Assembly: GCA_002633005.1 (NCBI GenBank)
Contig: NMRA01001070.1
Coordinates: 1 to 44,686 of the forward strand
DNA length: 44,686 nucleotides
Direction of reading: 5' to 3'
Source of the DNA: Phoronis australis
Lineage: Eukaryota > Animalia > Phoronida
Shown here: positions 37,140-44,686 of the stretch, in pieces
Layout of the letters: every line of letters begins with the position of its first letter
Position numbering within the stretch: the first letter of the stretch is position 1
The notes under the pieces: generated by a model
Database searches by the model: none
What the model was told of the DNA's origin: nothing
What the model saw: only the letters and a program-made list of their open reading frames with translations
Position numbers and translations under genes: made by a program

Positions 37140-39100
37140 GATATGTATATAACCCCTTCACAGAGGACCAGCATACAGCAGAGTGAAATACATACACAAA
37201 ACGTACCGAGAGTGGCATAGATGAAATTATTGCGAGACATTAATCTGCTTATCAAGAGACTCCAAACTAAAAGACAAACGGGCACTTCATCGTTTTTAGG
37301 CACTTGCATTGACCCATTGAACTCTAAAATCCGCTGTCGGGCAGTTGGGCATCTTTCATTCAACAAAAACCGCTGTCTGTACATCTTTGTGTGTTGCAGG
37401 GAACATTTCACCTTTAAATGTTTTGGTTTAGACCCAGATGCCCAGCTTTGTACCGTCAAGTCCCGCTTTTGATTCAATTGTGTCCAAAATAACAATGACT
37501 CTTTTAATTAGTATTGTTGTTTTCCAGAGTCCACTTTCTTTAGTACATTGCAGTCATCAAAATTAAATTTTGTTCCACTGTGTCTTGCATCAGGATCAAA
37601 AACTTTTATTTTCCGTAGGAAATAGTTGATGTCTATACGTTTATGGAAAGACCTGCACTGTAACTCGCGTGATGACTTATCCACCTTAGGTGTACCTTTC
37701 AAAACTAGGTGATGGATGCTGCATACTTTCGAATGATTAGAAAACCTTTACTTCCAAATTTGAGATAGAAACTTGGAGTAGCTTATCTTGTTTTTTTGTA
37801 AATATCACTCCTTAAAGATTGTATTTGTGTCAAACCGCACCAAAAGTCTAATTAATTATAATATTATAACAGTCGTAATGGTTTTGCTGTTCATTTTTAT
37901 AACACATTTCTGCTTCATTTTCAATTTTATGTCAATATTACACGCTGATATTTTTCATATTTTGGTAACACTTGGTTTTTAGAAACAATAAAAAATAAAC
38001 TGATTAGTTATGTCGGTAGGTCAGTTACTGTATCTATGTTCAGTTGAGAGTAGAGTTTTATTCCGAAAGTATGAACGCAACGGAATAAAGACTGTGAACA
38101 ATGAAAAGTGTCGTGCATTTAACAGATTATGTATAGTTATGCAAAATGAGTTTTTTGTATTTTCTTGCTTCTATTATAGTCATCAAGAAGTGACAATGGG
38201 CTTTCTTGTGATATGGCAATTCGGTTGTAAAACGATAGAGTTCCAAAAAGTTTTAAGTCCAGTAAATCCCGTTACACACAACGGAGCAAAGGAATCCAAA
38301 TAACTCTCTCTGCAAGATCGGTGTTGACATTCCAGGAAAAGATTTTCCTGTATTACGTTAGTATTAATACGAGAGATTTGATTTTAACATTTAACTGCCT
38401 TTCCAGCAATCAGGATTTTTCGTTGATAAACCACCATTGGTATTAAGTTAGAATAATTTCTTTAGTTAAACTTGCTACTGCTACTATTACCGATCTAAGT
38501 CCCACTGGATGCATGACATTATTATGCCCTACAAGGCATTTTGGAACGGACAACTAACTATGAATGCTTCTTACCCTACTTGGATTATAATAGACACAGT
38601 GTCACGAGTTTAAATTCCAAATTCTTTTGTTAGATTTTATTTCATTGTTTCAATGGCAAAATTCAGTCGATTACAATACATGGCAACTACCGTCTTTTTG
38701 TTCGGAAGCCTCAAGGTTAACCTTCTTGGGCAAACACAATTGGGCAACATGACTTAAATGCATCACCCCTTACCGGTGTGATCTTAATAACCCCTCAGAA
38801 AGCAGTAAAGTTCGAGGAAAACGTGATTGATTTGTGCATATGTTTAGCAGACTACAGTGACAATTGGCAACATTACCTCCACTAAAATCATAAAGCGCAA
38901 CAGACATTGCTGGATGAGGGCTATAATCAATCTAGCTTTAAAGCTTGAGAACCAAGTATGTATTCTCAGATGTAGAAACAATGTTTGTTTAATATGAATA
39001 ACTACCACATATATTGCATGTTTTTGCCAAGAATTTTCCTCGTCTTTTGATGTTATTAATGCTTGTCTTTTGCATCCTTGCTCAACTTCGGAGGGCAAAA
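37140..39100 (+). repeat. Intron module copy C, directly upstream of ANK exon 2
   Basis: Same ordered anchors; ends ttgctcaacttcggagggcaaa ~100 bp before the exon. Confidence 0.93.
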
Positions 39101-39202
39101 TGGGAACACATTAGACTAAAAATTGCCTTCAAAAGGATTTCTTACTTTAATTTTTTACTCCATGCAATCGCGATGTTAACTTGTCTTAACGTTTTTTCAC
39201 AG

Positions 39203-39301
39203 GACGGTTGTACCCCACTTCATCTAGCAGCTAATCGTGGACACATAATCATAGTAGAGGTGCCTCTAGAGCATGATGCCAATGTGAACGCCCTGGATAA
39301 G
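39203..39301 (+). CDS. Ankyrin-repeat exon 2 (99 nt, phase 0-0)
   Basis: ttttcacag|[33 protein letters not shown]|gtacag; canonical 33-aa ANK repeat. Confidence 0.92.
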
Positions 39302-39319
39302 GTACAGTAGTCATCGTGT

Positions 39320-40440
39320 GAAATATAAATCGACATACGAATCAATCTGTTGTCTTTTTCTGTTGAATTTTGTAACATTGGGATTGTTGTAGCTCCATGC
39401 AGGCAAATATCGTTTCCTAAGGTCATCGTAGATTGGGCATTCGATAACAAAATAATATTCTGACTCGACATATGTCCTAACACAGAGACGGCATAACCTT
39501 TCTGTTCTGTTAAGTTTCAAGTGTCTACCCTTTTCAATCATTAGTGCATGTGCATCTCAATCTTACCATATCAGATCTAACATTTACGTTGTCACTTACA
39601 TCTAAATAGTTTTCAAAACGTATATTCAACTTACAAGTTCTGTAAGTTTCCAACTTAAACGAATTGTTCAAAATATCTTGCCATTTTTGCTGATCAATAT
39701 CTTTGCATCTTTGTTTAAAAAGTGATATGAAGCTTGTCTCAGAACCTACACCCTGATAATACCATGCTTCTCCAAAACCAAACTGAAATAGCAATTTCTT
39801 AACATCATTAACCCAGCACGGTTTATTAACATTTTCTGTCATATTGTACTGCCATTCATAGCAATGATATGTAATTTTTGACTCATCGGTTCTTAATAGT
39901 TTTAACCAATATTTCATAATTGTAGGAAGTCGGTAAGCAATCAAGGAGTAACGACCCATCTCACCTCTAGCAGTCGATGAAATTGCTGTTCTAGGCAAAT
40001 TTAAAATGTCTACAAAATTTTATGTGGACTATTTCAATACATTCGTAATCACTAAAACCCCAGATCTCACAGCCATAATGAAGTATCAGCAATATTTTAC
40101 AATCGAATAATTTTAAACTAACTTCAACAAGGAGTGCATTAAAACCATTGACATTTTTTTTCATTAAATTCACTGCCTTAGTATTCTGTAATGATAGTGT
40201 TTTCTGTGCGCAAGACCACGAACCTTTCGTAGTAAATATTAATCCTAGATATTTATATGCATTTACGATATTAACAGTATTCCCATCATACGTCCATTTT
40301 TCATACGATCGTAACCTTCCACCTTTTCTGAAAACAATTATCTTAGTCTTCGACATGTTAACAATCAATTTCCATTTCTGACTATACTCATATAAAATGT
40401 TCAATTTTTTCTGCAGTCCTTTCACACTATAAGAAAATAA
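39320..40440 (-). mobile_element. RTE-X-like LINE ORF2 C-terminal fragment
   Basis: GLQKKLNIL..WKLIVNMSKTKIIVF, YKYLG, LHYGCEIWG, RGEMGRY, KYWLKL, EKGRH..ERLCRLC..ESEYYFVIECPIYDDLR across frameshifts. Confidence 0.88.
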
Positions 40441-40444
40441 AACA

Positions 40445-41665
40445 TGCATACATCAGGATCAAAAACTTTTATTATCTGAAGAAAATAGTTGATTTCTAAG
40501 CTTTTATGAAATACCTGCACTGCAACTAGCGTGTTAATTTATGCACATTACATGTACCTTTCAAAACTCCGTGCTGGATTCTGCGATTTTTCTATTGATT
40601 AGAAATACTTTAATTCCAAATTCGAGTTAGAAGCTTGTAGGAGAATATCGTATTTTTGGTAAATATCACTGCATTAAGAAAATAATGGTGTCAAACCTCA
40701 CCAAAAATCAATTAATTATAATATATTAACATGTATAATTTTGGATGAATGCCTGACTAAATTATCCATAGCATTGTGACTGATTCATGTTCCTAATCTC
40801 TTGTCTCTGTAGGTTAGACATCTTTTGAACCAGGTGTATTGACTTTGCTGTTCATTTTTATTAAAACTTTCTGGTTTATTTCTTTTATTGTTAATATTTC
40901 TCACTGCTATTTTTCATAATTTGGAAAATCTATTGGTTTTTAGAAATCATAATAAATAATTTAGTCTCGTATTTAGTCTGTTATTTATGAATTATTTTTT
41001 GCTGCTAGTGTAATCGTCAAAAATGACAATGGGCTTTCTTGTGATATAGCAATTTTGTTGAGAAATGACGGAGTTGCACACACCGGATCAAAGTAATGTA
41101 AAGAACTCTCACGCAGGAGAAGCGTGCAACCTTAGCCGCTATGAGATTGAGGTTGGCATTCCAGGGAAAGATTTCTTTGCATTGCAGTAGCACTATTAAT
41201 GGAGATTTGATTTTAACATTTGCGTGTAACCGATCCGTGGGCGTTGGTGACCCTGCCTGTCTAAAAACCAGGATTTTTCGCTAGTAAATAACCAATTGTA
41301 TGAAATGTATTCAATTAGTGGTCCCAGTTAAGCAAACATGCTTCTGATACAATAACCGATCTAAATCCCATTGGATGCATGACGCATTACGCCCTACAAG
41401 GCATTTTTGAACTGGCAACTATGATTGTTTGTTACCCTAATTGGATTACATTAGACACAGCGTCAGGATTTTAATTTTCAACTTCTTTTGTTGAATTATT
41501 TTCATTGCTTGAATGGCAAAATTCATTTGACTACAACACATTGCAACTACTGCATGTCGAGAGGGCTCAATCTCTACTGGTTAACCTTCTTTAGCAATAC
41601 AATTGGGCAACTTGACTTACATATATATATAAGTGGACGTCCCTCTCAGAAAACAGTGAAATTTA
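40445..41665 (+). repeat. Intron module copy D (most diverged), downstream of ANK exon 2
   Basis: atcaggatcaaaaactttt, gacaatgggctttcttgtgat, gatctaaatcccattggatgcatgac, caacacattgcaactac. Confidence 0.9.
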
Positions 41666-43619
41666 GTAGAGCCGGGCCATTGGTAGCCACTTGGGAACTG
41701 TTTCCGTGACAACGATAGCGGGCTCACAATGCGCCAATTCAGATCACGTTCTTACGCCATTTTCTGTTTTCAATCACCAGACGTGAGCCAGAGCAAGCTC
41801 GCGTGTAGGTATGTCTTATGGGAAAGTCACTCAGCGAGTCAATAAGATTATAAAATATGAACAAAATGAAAAAATGCCTAAATTGCCACAGGTCGTGAGT
41901 CGAGGGAGCATGAATCGGGAGGGGGGGTGTTGTGTAGGGGTGTAATTGTTGTCGAGGGGGTTTGGGGGGCTTTAGAGAACAATCCGTAGAATACATGTAT
42001 GTCCTAAAATACAAAAGTCCGGTCATAATTACGTACAAATTTTGTAATCTTAATTGCAGTCCACACACAGGCCTATCCTAGAACAAGTAAGTCCTGAAAC
42101 GAGTTGCCGTTATCGTAGGTTGTAAAATGTGTGGACGCTATTTAAACTGTCTAAAAATACTTACCTCGCTACTTACACCACGTTTTCGATGTAGGGTAAC
42201 TAATGTTCCTACGCAGCTTTTAATCTTTGTGAGGTCGCAAAGTATGGTAAAACGTAAGTAATTACTAGTTTCGTATTCTTGTCAGCTGTACACTGTCATG
42301 CACAGAGCGACAACTTCCCCCTTACCGTTGTTATCGAATATCTGCGTGAATCTGTTTCTTCTTGGCTTAAAAGTCGGATCAGTTGCACTTGTGCAAATTA
42401 TTATTATTACTGAGTGCAGGTGAGACTGTATGATCAGCAGATTTTGATACACTTTAAAACGTCAAAGTTTTCATCACGTCGTTATTCTGTTTTTTTAAAG
42501 TAAAGACATGCCAATGAAAGGATATAGCGCAAGTTATCTACAGTAACTGTGGTCCTAAAATCAGAACATCTCATTCACACGAAAGTTCTCGAGAAATTTG
42601 CAGTGCCATTCTATGTGAACTACCCATGTTGCGCATACTGTATATTCGTTCATACCATTAGTCATCCGTATTGTTCGGAGACCTAAATGCCCCATGGGTA
42701 ATGCAATGGCTCATGAGAGAAATTCGAGAAATAAATTTTACTCGAGAATGCGTTGGATTGTTTTGGTCTATTATGTCTTACATCAGTCACAAATTCAGTG
42801 AGGTTCACCTTCTTTCCTGTCGCTCAAGTTACTATTTCCATTAAATGTACTAAAATTACACGTGTAGGTCATGTAACCTCACTTACATGTGCAGTGATTG
42901 CTGCAATTTTTTCAATAGTACATCTAGGTTATAATTCTGTAAAAATTTACTAAACTTCCAAGGAGTTTTGTTCAACGGAGTTGAAATCTTTAATTGTTAA
43001 TTGCCTCTTCTCCAAGTCTGTGTTGAGTCGTGTTCATTGCAATGATTTAAACTTGTAATTGCCAAGGATTATGTAACTTATAGATAGCACGATTAAAGTA
43101 TTGGATTTGGGACTGCATGGATCGAGTCCCCGTGTACATTTTGGTTCTTGGCCACACGTCAACATGTTGAAGTGAAGACCTTGTACGGTTTCAGATGTGT
43201 CAACAGTTTTTGTTGAATCCACAATTTTACATCAGTATGGGGCGTGCCATTTAGAAAATTAGGACTTTTCCAGTACCATGGGTCATATTTTCAGCCTTCT
43301 AGTGTGAAATCAATCATAGTAGATGATTTACGATTTGTATGCAGCAGTGAATCTATGTTTGATGCAAGGGTCACCTACATTAGGCAATAATAGGCTAATA
43401 ACCTGCAATCCGTGCAAAACACGAACTTTTTCCTTAAAACATTTACCGCTACAAAATTTGTGACAATTAGTTCTTCTCATCCCGCATGAGAATTGTACAC
43501 GTATTACAAGCTGAAGGCGTGAACGTATCACGAATACAAAGCCATTCTCTAAGGGCATTACTGACCATTTGATGAGGAGTGAACTTACAAAAGAAAGCAT
43601 GGACAATACATGGGAATGA

Positions 43620-43760
43620 TGGAGTTGTGTGCATCATTGCAAATGTGCAAATACTTTATAGCGAGAGTAAAACTAAAATTAATAAAACTTTCGCGTTCAA
43701 CTCCCAACAAGACAAGGACGTTCTGCAACATGATCTGAAGAGATTACAGAATGAATGTTC
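43620..43760 (+). mobile_element. Highly decayed CR1/L2 RT fragment
   Basis: ILYSESKTKINK..SQQDKDVLQHDLKRLQ resembles LYADDTKI..D..LQ.DL..L. Confidence 0.4.
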
Positions 43761-44686
43761 CGTCCTTGACATTACTGTGCGCCTTTTTATTCCTTCCACG
43801 TCCGTCTTATCCCAAGTTTACACCCATATTACATGAAGCACGTTTCGCTGAAATCTGCTGCTGTTTTCAAATAAACCATCCCGCCGAGAAACTGTTCGTC
43901 ATAAATGTTTGTTGTGAACACTATGGGTAACAATATTAGCTTTTGGATTTTCGTTTTGAGAATTTTCAAATAGCATATTTATACGTGATATCAGACCTAA
44001 TTAACATTTTAAATAAAACCTGATTTTAAAGGTTAAGAAGATAGCTTGCTTGAGTATAACACTACTTCATTGATATATTCAAATTAAAAAGTGTTGAGTA
44101 TTAATTGCACATTTGGCTCTCGACAGTGAAGTATCAAAGACACATGACGACGGTATCGTTAACTTCGTACATGTATGAAATTCAATCCGGAAATTTTATC
44201 AACAATACTCTCATTCTTACAAATTAACAAGAGCTCCCACGACAGATCAAGACTGGGATAAACAGTCTAAACATGTAGCAGTTACGTAAATAGCAATGGT
44301 AGGTTTATTTCAGACAACTTGAAATGACTTCTTCATTGATGTTTTTTGGTATTGTGACGTACATTTGCAGTGAAGCCTTATTTTTTCCAAAAAAGTGATG
44401 GGAAGGTGGGGCTGGAAGTGGGAGGCAGGATGTTGTGAAAGTGGCAACACGCCATTGTTTAAGAATTCTGATACTGCAATGAAACCGAAGCTGTATCAAA
44501 GGGTTGCCAGTGGAAAATGAAATTTCTATGTTTTTTGGGCGTACAATGTTATAGGATTGTGGCTGCAAAGTCAAATGAGATTAAGCGATTAAATAGCTTC
44601 GCAGATTGGAATCGCAAAGTGCAAAGAAGGTCCTCCTTTTCCAAAACAACCAAGTCCTTCCTACATGTAATTCATTGTTGTTTTTA

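Noticed and set aside
29549-37495. Recurrent similar ORFs (e.g. IFVCCREHFT) suggesting a gene family
   Set aside because: They lie in the duplicated intron module; frames and stops are not conserved between copies and there are no consistent splice sites.
1-44686. Prokaryotic defence, CRISPR or operon-type system
   Set aside because: The sequence is intron-rich animal DNA with no long ORFs and no regularly spaced repeat-spacer array.

Overview
Animal (probably marine invertebrate) genomic DNA: AT-rich, with GT-AG introns, frequent TACATGTA, and a 788-N gap at 18715-19502. No prokaryote-type system is visible. (1) Left 11 kb: nine coding exons of a minus-strand NRF-6/acyltransferase-3 family membrane protein gene. 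All nine splice in frame and the gene runs off the left edge. (2) 11-22 kb: intergenic repeats (L2/Crack-type LINE end, Gypsy gag/SCAN fragment, Penelope relic with inverted pseudo-LTRs, MITEs, a 175-bp near-perfect palindrome), plus a candidate NF-kB/TATA promoter ahead of a signal-peptide-like exon. (3) 23-42 kb: a plus-strand ankyrin-repeat gene with one repeat per phase-0 exon. Its introns contain 4-5 diverged copies of one ~2 kb non-coding module, which look like remnants of duplicated intron+ANK-exon cassettes. One copy holds a nested stack of DNA transposons (ISL2EU-like, hAT MITE, Kolobok) in and beside a tRNA-derived SINE, and the sister copy preserves the empty insertion sites. All family assignments come from reading motifs by eye, not from database searches.
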